DNA of 64,000 nucleotides from Octopus vulgaris (Eukaryota), in contig OX597819.1 of assembly GCA_951406725.2 (NCBI GenBank), positions 125,984,001 to 126,048,000 on the forward strand, read 5' to 3'. Under the pieces are notes generated by a model, which did no database searches, was not told the origin of the DNA, and saw only the letters and a list, made by a program, of their open reading frames with translations. Below, piece after piece: positions 40,130 through 54,010 of the stretch. Each line of letters begins with the position of its first letter. Within the stretch, counting starts at the first letter, position 1. The position numbers were made by a program, and so were the translations under genes.

Positions 40130-40531
40130 CTAGCGGTGTCATATGAAATTGTCACCCATAATTATGACCCTAGTATCGATCTATTGCATTTCAATCTGTT
40201 TTAGGGTTAGGGTTAGAGTTAGGGTTAGTTAGGGATAGTTTTAGGGTTAGGGGTGGGGGAAGGGTATCTTTTTTTTCTTCAGAAATGTAAATAAACCCAA
40301 TCTTTTTCTTAAACGAGGGACATATTCATACGACACAGAATGTTTTCACCTAAAATAGACGTCATTGATTGGTTGAAATTGCAGAAATTGAAGAAAAAAA
40401 CAACCAATTTTCTCAATAAAGCCAAAAGAAAAAGATGTTTTCTAAACACATTCTACCAGTATACGAAGTTTAAAAGTGTTTAGTTACGTGGAAATTATTT
40501 TAAAAAACTGCCGGTCAAACCGAAAAGATCC
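40130..40531. mobile_element. MITE-family member containing interstitial (TTAGGG)n-like repeats
   Basis: Right part 40350-40531 matches 53045-53246, including TIR ...CCGGTCAAACCGAAAAGATCC; TTAGGG repeats at 40200-40252. Confidence 0.7.
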
Positions 40532-40779
40532 TAGCTTTATGTTATATTACAGTAGTGAGCTGCATAGATGATGCACGGTCATAATAGAAATGAAAGTAAT
40601 GTAAACTATGCAGGGATATGCATGCAAAAGATGAGCGACAGGCAATAAAGTCATGGTTTTGGCTAGGAGAAACAGTCACACGAAAAAATAATTTATGGGA
40701 TCAGGGCAAAACACCTCTAGGACAAAGCCCCCTCGGACAAAACCACCCCCGAGCCGTTTTTTCCTGTGAATTTATTACC

Positions 40780-41012
40780 TATTTCTTTACTGCCCACAAG
40801 GGGCTACACACAGAGAGGACAAACAAGGACAGACAAACGGATCAAGTCGATTACATCGACCCCAGTGCGTAACTGGTACTTATTTAATCGACCCCAAAAA
40901 GATGAAAGGTAAAGTCGACCTCGGCGGAATTTGAACTCAGAACGTAACGGGCAGACGAAATACGGCTACGCATTTCGCCAGGCGTGTTAACGTTTCTGCC
41001 AGCTCGCCGCCT
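40780..41012 (-). mobile_element. SINE family A with 17-bp TSD, inserted in a relative of the 57795/59322 repeat
   Basis: CCTGTGAATTTATTACC at 40763-40779 and 41015-41031. Confidence 0.9.
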
Positions 41013-41384
41013 TACCTGTGAATTTATTACCGTGACTTTTTTTTCCTGTGACATTTTTACCTGTGACTTTTTACCGGGATTCATGCAAAATGCAGTTGAA
41101 GATGCATGAAATTAAAGTTAGACGTAGCTCACGAGATTTCTTAAATTATTGAATTGCCATCTGCGATTAAATGAGATTTGCATTATTCTACATACTTTTA
41201 TATATGTTCAGATCGAGACGTTGCATGTTGTGAAAGACTCGAAACGGAAATTTGTTTTACGATCCCGACGGCTTTGTTTTTATTCTTTCTTTCTTTCTTT
41301 TGTCTTTCTTTCTTTTGTCTTTCTTTCTTTTGTCTTTCTTTCTTTTGTGTTTCTTTCTTTCTTTCTTTCTTTTTGTCTTTCTTA

Positions 41385-41770
41385 TTGAATGAGAGAGCAA
41401 GGCATGCCAACAGAGTGACATTGGGGTACATATGTACGAAGCCCAATATATCTAACATGACTCCGCGTCTGATAAGGGCACACCAGGCACATGCAACACA
41501 CACAACCGTATGTGTGCGACAAGGTAATTTCATATCAACATACACAATGCATGACCTTGCAGGTGGAGCCCTGTGAGAATTTTCTTCAAGTCGAGTAGCA
41601 CATCCCACTTTAAGGATGATGAACAAAACATTTATGTTTTCCAGAGGTGAATCATTCAAACCTCAAAGAATTCCTCTCAACACATGGCTATGTGCTCTCT
41701 TATTATTACTGCTTGTGGTCAGAGATGCACATGGGACATGCTCAACTAGTGAAGGTCGAGCAATACCAAT
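41385..41770. repeat. Dispersed repeat homologous to 61680-62140
   Basis: Shared GAGAGAGCA..CATGCCA..AGTGACA..GGGG, TTGCAGGTGG, TTTCCAGAGGTGAAT, CTCAACACATGGCTATG. Confidence 0.75.
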
Positions 41771-42915
41771 ATTCCACTGAACTTTTCAATAATTCCTTCT
41801 GGAAACTATCTTTAACATTTTCTTGAGAATGTATATATATGCCGTAATCTTTTGTGCCCAATATTTTAATGAACTTGTTAAACTTTTTTATGTTCTTAGC
41901 ATGTTCTTGTTACCAAAGAATGTATATATGTATTGTAGCATTTTGTGACAACCAATAATTAACACAACCAAACTTTTACGTTACTTTTGACAATCTTTTT
42001 CCAAAAAGTGAAACCGGTAAAGTAAATAAACATCTTTTAAAATTGCATTTTCAAACCTTCTTTCATATATAACTCCTCTCGTGCGGTACCTTACAACTCC
42101 ACTTTGTTATATATATATATATATACATACATACAAAGTTTAGTGGTCAGTCCTTTAAACATTGTATGTAAAAATATTTTAATCTTCGGATTTTTTTAAT
42201 ATGCTAGGCCACTGGTTTTAATTGATTAATATCAATTTCTACCTTTATTAAATTTTATATATATATATATATATTTACGTATGTGTATACACATACACAC
42301 ACACATACACACACACACACACGAACACACACATATATATACCGAGGGGAGATATTTGTAATTAGATACAGTGATGCATGAATGCATGTATAAAATAAGT
42401 TAAAAACGTTATAAAACAATGAAACAAATACAAGACAACGCCTCGACACCTTCCAAGACTGCATGGTAACCCCAAAAGACACCCTCCAGACATCTCGGAT
42501 GTTCGAATAACATCACCAACATACAAACGGGTGGTGATCATTTGAAAGTATTACATTCGCGTAGACAAACAATAAAGGTGTTACTATATGTCATAATAAA
42601 TAGTTGTGGCTTTAACAGTTTGTACTCAATGAAAATAAATAAAAGGCAATGTGTTTTATTCTTAAATTAATGTATATTAGAGGTTGTCGGAAAAGCAATT
42701 TTTTGTTTGCTTATTTTCTGAATAACACATTAAAGACTGATCTTGACGTAAGGGTGTATTCTAGCAGAACCGACACAAACACTTATAAACATATAATTTA
42801 TGTACTTGTAACTGTATGTATGTATGTATGTATGTATGTATGTATGTATACACACACACTCGCACACACATAAACACGCATACACACTCATACACAGACA
42901 CAGACACACATATAT

Positions 42916-42968
<53 letters not shown>

Positions 42969-43100
42969 AAGAGAGAGAGAGGGTACATGTACATTTTATA
43001 TATATATATAAAATTAAATAAGGGTAGAAATTGATATTAATCAATTAAAACCAGTGGCCTAGCATATCTAAAAAAATCGAAGATTAACAATTTTTTACAT

Positions 43101-43213
43101 ACAAAATTTAGAGGATTGACCACTAAAAGTGGACAGCCTGTTTACGGCGATTTTAACGTCTATTTCTAGTATACAGGCTGTCCACTTTTAGTGGTCAATC
43201 CTCTAAATTTTGT
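43101..43213. repeat. Perfect 41-bp inverted repeat within a PLE-like pLTR fragment
   Basis: 43101-43141 is the reverse complement of 43173-43213; 43010-43127 also has an inverted diverged copy at 42138-42256. Confidence 0.8.
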
Positions 43214-43821
43214 GTATATATATATATATACATATTAGAGGGAAACCACTATGTGGACACCCTTATGCTAGAAATAGATCCGCTGGTTATTTTACTCAAA
43301 TGAGTCTCTTGCTGCTCCGAATTTCACAGGATCTGCAGGTAAGTTGAGACTTGCCTGAAGGTCCTCTGAAACCACGAGTGAAATTAAAGGTCGCAAGGGA
43401 TTGACTCAACCAAAATAAACTATGCTAATCACTACCATGGTATTGAGTACTTATTTCCGAATAGTTAATACTAAACGTACAAATATATGTTTGCCTGTGT
43501 AGTGATAGTGAAGGTGGATCTCTGTTGTTTGATTATGATGATTCTGTTGTTCGATCACTAAATCAAATGCTTCTGCATTAACATATACGTGCTAAGCATT
43601 CCTTAGATAATACACTCTTAACATAATTCTCATCTAGAATCCGCATAACATAGTGTGTCAAGTTTGTTACTTTTGAAGTACGAGTACAATCCATCCTACA
43701 GGCTTCTTTGCAGTTTCTGTCCGCCTAATTTCATTCACAAGTCATGGGGAATATAAAATAGACATTGCTCGATATATCATACAGTGGGATTGAATCTGGG
43801 ATCTGAAAACTATCCATATTT

Positions 43822-43980
43822 ACCTATTTCTTTATTATCCACAAGGGGCTAAACACAGAGGGGACAAACGGCAGACATAGCTATTAAGTCGATTATATCG
43901 ACCCCAGTGCGTAACTGGTACTTATTTAATCGACCCCGAAAGGATGAAAGGCAAAGTCGACCTCGGCGGAATTTGAACTC
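43822..43980 (-). mobile_element. SINE family A, 5'-truncated with a locally inverted head piece
   Basis: Family A tail; 43979-44006 holds inverted fragments TCCGCCGAGGTCGACT and GAGTTCAAATT. Confidence 0.8.
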
Positions 43981-45007
43981 CGCCGAGGTCGACTGGAGTT
44001 CAAATTTACCATGACATGACAACGCACCACCACACTCATCTTTGGTATCGAACCAGACAATAAGTAAATTCATTTGCTGTTCAGTGGTTCAGTAATCTCC
44101 CGTCCACGTACAGCTAGGATGAGGTGCCCTATAATTTACACTGTTTTGTCCAATGAAGGACAGACTTAGACAATGATTTTGATGACAGAGAACAAGGCAT
44201 AAGTGACTGTGAAATGCTTTCGAAGAAGATTTGGTTATAAAGAGACAATGAACAACGGTTAGAAGAATATTGAGCAAAACCTAATAACCAGTTGATTGAG
44301 GGGAAGACCTCGAAAAGGCGCACATTCTCTCCTAATGACCCCAAAAGCTTGCTCGCATCCGGTATGCAAAGCTTCGAACTGGTAGTACTAGCATCTACAA
44401 GTTGTTTGCAAAAATATTTTTTGTCTGTAATCAATGTCTAATATGATGTAAAAAGAAAATAACTGACCATGTGTCGGCCATTGACATTTCGGAATTTTGT
44501 CAGTTGTCTTTCTTATGTAATTCTATACGTGAAGAATTTGTTAATTTTTTTTAGAAAAGTATATCGAATATTTGCAAACAGAATTTGTTGATTTTGGTGT
44601 CATTGAGATTAACCATTGAGATATCAGAAAGTTCTTCGCCTACCTTTATTAAATAAATGCGATTTGTTGGTGTCCAGTGTTAGACTTAGTAATGAATATT
44701 TTACAAAATTCTAAGGTTTTCTGGAGAAGTGACTCAGAAATTGATGTGTAAATTTGCGCTGTATAAGGAACTGGGTGAAACTACGGAGTGTTTTGCCTTC
44801 TGTGCTATTCCTTTACCTTTTTATGGTACTGATGACCGGCCATGGCAATAATTTTAAATGTTTCTCAGATTTACTAGATTCTAAGATTTTTTTTTTGCTT
44901 TGCCCAGTTTGAGGATACTAAGATCTTTTTCTGCGCATACAAACATGTATATATACATGCATATACATATGCGTACGCTCGTACGCGCATACATACACGT
45001 ACAAATA

Positions 45008-45408
45008 TACTCTTTTACTCTTTTACTTGTTTCAGTCATTTGACTGCGGCCATGCTGGAGCAACGCCTTTAGTCGATCGAGCAAATCAACCTCTGAACTT
45101 ATTCTTTTGTAAGCCTAGTACTTATTCTATCGGTATCTTTTGCCGAACCGCTAAGTTACGGGGACGTAAACACACCAGCATCGGTTGTCAAGCGATGTTG
45201 GAGGGACAAACACAGACAAACACGCACACACACACATATATATATATATACATATATATATACGACGGGCTTCTTTCAGTTTCCGTCTACCAAATCCTCG
45301 GCCCGAGGCTATAGTAGAAGACACTTACCCAAGGTACCTCGCAGTGGGACTGAACCCGGAATCATGTGGTTGGTAAGCAAGCTACTTACCACACAGCCAC
45401 TCCTGCGA
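45008..45408 (-). mobile_element. SINE family B
   Basis: Family B pattern. Confidence 0.9.
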
Positions 45409-45535
45409 CTATGTATACATAATTACATAACATATACATATATATATATATATATGGATATAGATATGTAAGTAGGTAGGTACGTAGGTAGATAGAGAGC
45501 TAAATAGAGATAGATAGATGGATAGATAGGCAGAC

Positions 45536-45680
<145 letters not shown>

Positions 45681-46138
45681 GATAGACACACCCACATATA
45701 TATATACATATGCATAGAAATATTTTCGGCTAAAAAAAAATCTAGTTATTTAAGTAATGCCAAAGGTAAGGCATTGAAGCGCATGCATTTAAGCATGCAT
45801 TCGCGATAATATATGAACTCCATTCTCTTCTATACATAACTTTACATAACTTCACACGGTCAATACGTGCAAAAACAAGAGAAGGAATTTATAAATAGGT
45901 ACATTAAAAAAATATAAATTCATACCTGCAGAATGAAATAAATTATAGCAAATACTGAAGTTTGTTCCCTAACAAACACTTTGTTCCCTAACGTTAGTCT
46001 ATTTTCGTTTCGCAGCCTTAAGTTGACAGTAAGAAGACCTATAATCGTAGACGTTACGATCGAGACCATCTCATCTTTCTGTATAACTAGTACTGCATTG
46101 TCCAGTATGTTTGTCCGTTATCTACAGGAAAGTGCACT

Positions 46139-46195
<57 letters not shown>

Positions 46196-46296
46196 GGCTG
46201 CTATTTCTAGCAGAAGGAATGACAACGTAGAGGCTTTGTCTTTGCTGGTCGTAGAGTTATTGAATTGTTGCTGTTATTGTTGTTGTTGCTGTTGGG

Positions 46297-46623
46297 CGTA
46301 GCGGTCTTCGTCCCAAAGCTTGCAAGATGGGAGAAGTCCGAAACGTGGTCCTTTGCTATTCGTAAGACCCGCGGAAGAGAAAACAGGTCAACCCCCGACA
46401 CCGAGAGCATCAACGGATGGATGAATGCGCATCCAGGCTCAGCGTAGGAAGTCGGGGACAAGAAACAGGAAGAAAGAGCGATAGAAAGTTGGGGCGAAAG
46501 AGTACAACAGGGGTCGCCACCACTCCCTGCCGGAGCCTCGTGGAGCTTTAAGGGGTTTTCGCTCAATAAACACACACAACGCCTGGTCTGGGAATCGAAA
46601 CCACTGGGCCATTGCGCCTCCAC
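46297..46623 (-). mobile_element. SINE family C (tail variant 3)
   Basis: Head GTGGAGGCGCAATGGCCCAGTGG with internal deletion; distinct 3' tail followed by (CAA)n. Confidence 0.82.
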
Positions 46624-46926
46624 TTGTTGCTGCTGCTCTTTTGCCCTAGGTCATTCCTTATCGAGAAGAACTATTATCAAATATATTTCACTCATGATCA
46701 TCTTACATATTTAGTCATCTGTAGGAGTAAATTAGCCATCCATCGCAGACGATGATTTGAGAGCTGTTTCACAACTATTTAGACCAAGTCACACAACTAC
46801 GTAGAGATTCCCGGTTAGCGCGCAGTATGAGTCTATTTAGCTGTTGATAGAATTAATTGGAGTTAGACCGAAAAGAAGTGTAATAGATAATTAGATAGGA
46901 TATAGAAGTTCTACATTTTTACAAGT

Positions 46927-47093
46927 ACAAATTCAAATATACTCGAAATAAATTAACATATATTCGAAGCGTGCTAAAATATACTGGAAGAAAATTAAAA
47001 TAAACTCGAAGCAAAATAAGATTATCTCCAAGCAAATTAAAATAGCCTCAAGTTAATAAAAGTAATTTCGGAGTAAATTTAGATAACATAGTA
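46927..47093. repeat. Degenerate 21-bp tandem array, ~8 units, consensus GCAAATTAAAATATACTCGAA
   Basis: Units start at 46927, 46948, 46969, 46990, 47011, 47032 (20 bp), 47052, 47073. Confidence 0.8.
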
Positions 47094-48156
47094 GATATCT
47101 ACGCATGGTTTTGAATCTTTGGAACTAATACTAATTTGTTTTAAATATGAATTCATTTCATCGTTAAGGACTACATTGCTGCGTTTATTTATTGGTGACA
47201 AAAGTGTCTCAAAACGTCGATAGCTTGCCTGAGCTGTAAGTGTTGGTATTTCACAAGCATAGACTATACGATAGCCTATACGATAAGTCTTCAATTGCAC
47301 CTCGTATTCGTGTGCTTTCTGCCTCTGAAAGACAAGGTTGGGAATATATTGTTGCTGCACATTGTGTTAAGGTGTTTAGAAGACAACAGCTTACAACTGA
47401 GTACGCAGTGACAAAGCATAATTTTTGCATCGCGATGATGTCAATGACAAAATCTAGAAAATAGCGTGTGAACATATCTGTTGAGTGTTATATATTGTGT
47501 GGCTAAATGAATGCCCACAAATAACACTGAAGAATATTTCAAGTTACATTCAAGTCCCAAGAAACTATAACAAATCATCGTGATAAAAAAATGGTTTCAT
47601 TTAAGCAAATGCATTTACAGCATGAGCTACGTTTGGTATTTCCAAAACTGATGATTCTCATAATTCCATGAAAGATGCTTTGACACCAGTTCAAGATGTG
47701 TCATCAAAATTAAACTGTAATTTATTGGTCGTCAGATAAACTCATCAGGAATGTGGTTGGATGTGTTTATTTCCTTTAAAATAAATATTTGATTTGCCTC
47801 GGGTTAATTTTCTTTTGTCTCAAGATCTTTTGAATTTATACTTCAATGAGTGTAGAGCATTCTATTATATTTTTAGTAGCTTTAGTTACTGGACTACGGC
47901 TACATAAGGACACCGCCTTTAATGGGTTTAGTCACTTGTATCACTCCTGGACTTATTTCGCTAGCGTGCACAGGTAGGCTTACAACCAGCTTAGATATGC
48001 CGAAAACAGCACGTTGAGATTTTCATCTTGCAAAGGATCGAAAATGGCTGAAAGCATACATTTTGCCGCTTGTACGTAATGGGAAATAAATCGAAGCACA
48101 GATTTAGATAAGTATGCATAAACAATAATGTAAACACACAATATATATAAACAACA

Positions 48157-48385
48157 GGCGAGCTGGCAGAAACGTTAGCAGGCCGGGTGAAATGCGTAGC
48201 AGTATTTCGTCTGTCGTTACGTTCAGAGTTCAAATTCCGACGAGGTCGACTTTGCCTTTCGTCCTTTCGGGGTCGATAAATAAAGTTCCAGTTTCGCACT
48301 GAGGTCGATGTAATCGACTTAATCCCCTTGCCTGTCCTTGTTTGTCCCCTCTGTGTTTAGTCCCTTGTGGGCAGTAAAGAAATAT
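48157..48385 (+). mobile_element. SINE family A, full length
   Basis: Family A; ATATATATAAACAAC duplicated at the flanks. Confidence 0.9.
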
Positions 48386-49281
48386 ATATATAAACAACGA
48401 GTTTCCACAAAGTTTGACCCCCATAATTCTACTTACAACGCATTGTTAAACTTGAGGCTGTATTAGAAGACACTGGCCCATTGTACTGTGTAGCGAGATC
48501 GAAGTCAGAACCACATGGTTACGAAGTGAAATTCTTAACCACATAGCTATGCCAGCACTTATGTCTCGCAGTTTTAAATCTGTTGTTTATGCAACTTTAT
48601 CTTTGGATTACTGAATGCCTTAATTCATCTATTCATCCAAGTGGTGTCACCCAAGACTGGATCAGTCGTGTCACTCAAAACTAGCTATTTGCAGAATTCA
48701 CCAATACCATATTCCTGGAAAATATATTCTTTTAATTATTTTCAAATCTATTGAAAGGTAGTTGGACGAAGGTCTAAGGTTAAAAACTACGATGGAATGC
48801 ATCTTCCTTAGAAAATCTTGTTGCTGCTTCCTATAAAGGATTAACCAGGCGCCGTCTTTCTCACGATAACATACTTTTTAGTACAATAGCATCAACAATG
48901 ACACAGTAACGGCAAACCACTCTACCCAGGTAAAAGAAGGGGGAAACTGTTAAGAATAGTGTCGCTATACAGCATATGAAACCTCTAATTCAAGGTAAGA
49001 GTGAATTATTAAACTCTTGAATGCTATAAATCTGACATACTAAAATATATCTTTTAAAATATCTTTTCATTTCTCTTATTCAATAAACATGTAAAGGTTT
49101 CTTTATTTGCTCCATTCTCTTGAAATGGGCCTAATTATCAACATAATAACAAGCTATCGGAGAAGGGGTGTTCAATTGTACGGTACAAAGGCTGTTGTAG
49201 TTGTAGCTGCGGTCGGTGTGATATGTCACCATGATTAGGGGAACGAAGCACTTAACTGACTCGTGTCTCAGATTGACAATA

Positions 49282-49326
<45 letters not shown>

Positions 49327-49584
49327 TGCGCACGCACTCACGCACGCACGCACAGGTGCGCGCACACATATAAGCACGCATACACACATTGTGTGTGTGT
49401 GTGTGTGTAGATGCAAATAGATGTGCTGTTTCGATTGTCTCGTAATCTAGCGATTTGACAAACAGATCCCAATAAAATAAATTCTGGGGTCGTTATGATC
49501 GATCAAAACACTCTCAGCCGGCGCCTTATTTGCTAGCATAGTTGACGGAAGTCTAGTGAAAGAGAATCCATTCATGTGTGTGTA

Positions 49585-49975
49585 TACATGCATGCATACA
49601 CACGCACACACACACACATACATACATGCATACATACATGCATACATACATACATACATACATACATACATACATACATACATACATACACATACATACA
49701 TACACACATACATACATGCATACATACACACACATACATACATAAACATACATATATACACACTTACATATATACATACATACATGCATACATACATACA
49801 TGCATACATATATACATACATGCACACACATACATACATATATACATACATATACATACATACATACATACGCACATACATACATACATACATACATACA
49901 TACATACATACATACATACATACATACATACATACATACATAAATACATACACACATCACATACATACACACATC
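49585..49975. repeat. (ACAT)n/(AC)n microsatellite
   Basis: Direct inspection. Confidence 0.95.
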
Positions 49976-50180
49976 ATTATACACATATGTATAATAATGT
50001 ATGCGAGTGTGTACATATATGCTTCGGGTAAAAAAAGCCTACCCACACACAAACGTCTGTCCATGTATATTCACAATAGTTTTAATATGCTCCAGCATTA
50101 AATCGACATGGAGTCCTTCGTTTCACCTGAAGCTTTTATGAACATTCACCTCCGCGCACCTACCCAACAATCTTATGTCG

Positions 50181-50234
<54 letters not shown>

Positions 50235-50499
50235 TTATTGTCTTTTTGTTGTCTTCAAGTTCCCCCTTTTTATCATTGCGATCTGACACTCGGTAATGGG
50301 ACTCAGAGCCATGAAGTCCAAGCAGGTCATAAGCTCTGAAACTACTGTTGAGTGGAGATCCACCTTTCTCCTCCATAAAGAGAAAAAAACAAAAAAAAAA
50401 AGACGAGCAAACCAAAAAACAATTGAATTAGAGGAACAGAAGGAAAAGGAAAAGGAAAAGATGGAGTGGAAGGAAGGTTCTATTTTGAACACAACAAAG

Positions 50500-50922
50500 T
50501 TCTTCTTCTTCTTCTTCTTCTTCTTCTTCTTCTTCTTCTTCTTCTTCTTCTTCTTCTTCTTCTTCTTCTTCTTCTTCTTCTTCTTCTTCTTCTTCTTCAC
50601 TGTCTCTTCCTCTTCTTCCTCTTCTTCCTCCTCCTCTTGTTGTTGTTGTTGCTGTTGTTGTTCTTCTTCACTGTCTCTTCTTCTTCATCATCATCTTCTT
50701 CTTTTCTTCTTCTTCTACTTTTACTCTTCTTCTTCTCCTTCTTCTTCTTCTTCTCTACTACCACCACTTCTCTTCTTCTTCGTCGTCTTCTTCTTCTTCT
50801 TCTTCTTCTTCTTCTTCTTCTTTTTCTTCTCCTTTTCTTCTTCCTCTCCTCCTTCTTCTTCATCTTCCTCCTCCTCCTCCTCTACTCTACTCTACTCTAC
50901 TACTACTACTACTACTATCATA

Positions 50923-50987
<65 letters not shown>

Positions 50988-51006
50988 CACTACCACTACC
51001 ACTACC
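50500..51006. repeat. Compound (TTC)n/(TTG)n/(TAC)n microsatellite
   Basis: Direct inspection. Confidence 0.95.
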
Positions 51007-51700
51007 GTTTTAGCTACTCTTAAAGACAGCTACGTTCCTGACCTATTCTGCTCGATACCCTCCTGTGACCCCAAAAAACAGTGAGAAGTGGAAGATGTAA
51101 TGAATCATTAGCAGGGTGACAAGTTGTAGTATGTTTTTGCCAAATGTTCGTATTGGAGATGTCAGCGTATTCCGATGAACAAAGGGAAGCCGAGCACTGG
51201 GCGGAGTGAACAAAATAGCTTCAATGGTAGCCTGGCTGTAAAGCCTTTTAATAGTGTTTTCTCACTTTCATACGCCTCTACGTAGTCGTTGGACCTTTTG
51301 GATATGCCAGTCAAATCTCACTCATATCACACCCTATCGTCTTTAAAAAGAAAGGTTATCTCGCTCAAAAAAAAAGAACATGTTAGATAATGCTGCCTAA
51401 GTCACCTGCATATAGGAAAATGACGGGACGGTCATGACTGGAATATTTTCTATTATAATCAAATACAATGATTTAGCTTCTTTCTACAGAAGCCTTTGCC
51501 TTTACGTGGTCATGGCCGTAGAAGAAATAGCAGTCAAATCACTCCCAATTTTTATGCTACTGTCTGAAAGATGAAAGAACATACTAGATAAGGCAATCAA
51601 GAAAAGAAAGAAAAGAAAAGGATAGGCATAACTATAAAGCCTTTGAGCAAAATTCTGTTTGAAATAAGTCGACCTGAAGATAAATAACAACAACGATATA

Positions 51701-51932
51701 TATTTCTTTACTACCCACAAGGGGTCTAACACAGAGGAGACAAACTAGGACAGACAAACGGATTAAGTCGATTACATCGACCCCAGTGTGTAACTGGTAC
51801 TTATTTAATCGACCCCGAAAGGATGAAAGGCAAAGTCGACCTCGGCGGAATTTGAACTCAGAACGTAGCAGCAGACGAAATACGGCTAAGCATTTCGGCC
51901 GGCGTGCTGACGTTTCTGCCAGCTCACCGCCT
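51701..51932 (-). mobile_element. SINE family A, full length, with TSD
   Basis: TAACAACAACGATATA at both flanks. Confidence 0.9.
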
Positions 51933-52951
51933 TAACAACAACGATATAGTCAAGGCATAGTCTATGCAGTCGCATAAATAGCAACAAAATCTCCCTCGCA
52001 GGATAACGTAGTTCTGAGATAAACAGAACTGATAAATAAAACTGAGATAAACAGGTTGAAAAAGCAGACAAGATAGTCACCAGTAGAATGTCTTTAATTA
52101 TTGGTCTACTCGATGGCGGCAGCATTGGCAGCGACGATAACAGCGATGACAACGACGGCATTGACGATGACAGCGATGACGACGAGTGTAATGTAACGGC
52201 GGCAGCGATGAGGACAACTGTGATGACAATCGGCTAGGTTAAAGTAAAAATCACTGCCGGGACAAAAGCAGCGCAATCTTTCCTTCCCTAAGCTAAGACA
52301 ATTCAGTGTTCTTTCTTTTATCGATCAGTCCATCATTGGACCACCAAGTCAACTAATCAGAAACACTCGACTCAACAGCGAGTTGTCTGTTCAAACATTT
52401 GCATTCAGCGAACCATACCAACCGCATCTCTTCGTTTCTAATCTTGTCGTCTTCAGAAGGAACATGAAGTTATTTTTAATCTCGGAACTTATACACTATA
52501 TGGCCTTTTACACGCACACAATATGTTTTTTTTTATACACACACATACGCGCGCGACCCCAAGCGACTCCTAGATGCGCTCAACTTAGATACACAGAGTC
52601 ACATGATCTTGGAGCTTCATTTCTTAGCTCCCTTGCCAATCAACACGAACCTCAGTAATTTATTTTCGCCCCCCCACTTTTTTAATCCTACTTCTCACTG
52701 TCCCTTTCGAAAAAAAAAAAAAAAACCACTAACATCCGAAACGTCAACTTCTTACATTTCTTTCCCGCTTAAGCATTTATCGGCATTTTATGTTATCTTC
52801 TGTTGTCATTTATTTCAAGGCACACGCGCGCGCATACACACACAGAGACATGCAAACACGCACATCCGCAGAAAGAGAGAAAGAGAGAGAATCTGTGTCA
52901 ACAATATGTACACCAGTATGTAGAAGTATATTCCAATGTATTACCATTGTA

Positions 52952-53246
52952 GGATCTTTTCGGTTTGACCGGCAGATTTTTAAAATAATTTCTTTGTAAC
53001 CGCAAATAATTGTTGTTGACACACTACGGCAGAAATTGAATTCACCTCAATAGACGTCATTGATTGATTAAAAATGCCGAAATGCAAGAAATTAAACAAC
53101 AAATAGCTTACAAACTACAGAATTTTCTCAAGAAAGCCAAGAGAAAAAAATGTTTTATAAACACATTCTACCAGTATACGAAGTTTAAAAGTGTTTAGTT
53201 ACAAAGAAATTATTTTAAAAATCTGCCGGTCAAAGCGAAAAGATCC
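52952..53246. mobile_element. MITE with ~49-bp terminal inverted repeats
   Basis: GGATCTTTTCGGTTTGACCGGCAGATTTTTAAAATAATTTCTTTGTAAC ... GTTACAAAGAAATTATTTTAAAAATCTGCCGGTCAAAGCGAAAAGATCC. Confidence 0.85.
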
Positions 53247-53942
53247 CTACTGTAACTTTTTAAGCCACCTCTAGACATGCAAATATCTCCATGTGTACCG
53301 ATTGCTATGATAATGAAGAAAAAACTGAGACGTATAGTATTACCTTTGTGTTTAGCTCCATATTACTCCCGATCAAAGACGTTCTAACCGCAAGCATCCC
53401 GTCTTCTTTCTCAGACAGTGTATCTCGGACTATAATCATCTAATGAGTTTTTTGTAGAATTAACTTTGATGGAGATTTGGCTGCTATTTCTAGCAGACCG
53501 CGCTGCAAAGTACATGCCACGTCGTTTGTTTAGACAAATGAAATTGTTTTGAAATACTGCTGAAGTAATATGTCGGCCGAGCCGAGATGAGACGAGACGA
53601 GACGAAACTTAGCTTCAGGTTTCATTTGTACTGACGCGAAACGAATTCATTCTAGTCAATGAACTTCTAAATCCTGTCGCTTGCAAATTGTAATACTGGT
53701 CTAAATTTATAGGCCAGAGTTAATGGACTGAATCCTGTCCCGAATATGCGATCAAGTGTGGTTGATGCCCTCTTCCACCAAATCTGTTGTCAAATATAAA
53801 CAGCTGAACCTTGACCTGAATAAATGGTCAAATGTAACTGGATTGAATCTCTGGCTGAGTTAGCAGTCAAGCATATTATCATGAAGGCGTAAGACTGTAT
53901 ATGCATCCAAGCGTTCACTCTTCCTTCCTTTCTTTCTTTCCT

Positions 53943-54010
<68 letters not shown>

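Noticed and set aside
44050-44800. Possible decayed DNA transposase (also 47330-47860)
   Set aside because: No diagnostic motif could be recovered by eye.
46927-47093. CRISPR array or heptad coiled-coil CDS interpretation of the 21-bp array
   Set aside because: There are no spacers or cas genes, all three plus frames contain stops, and the ORF track shows no ORF spanning the array.
50235-51084. 262-aa and 185-aa poly-F/S/T/L/Y ORFs (also at 980-1339 and 19322-19809)
   Set aside because: Trinucleotide repeat artefacts.
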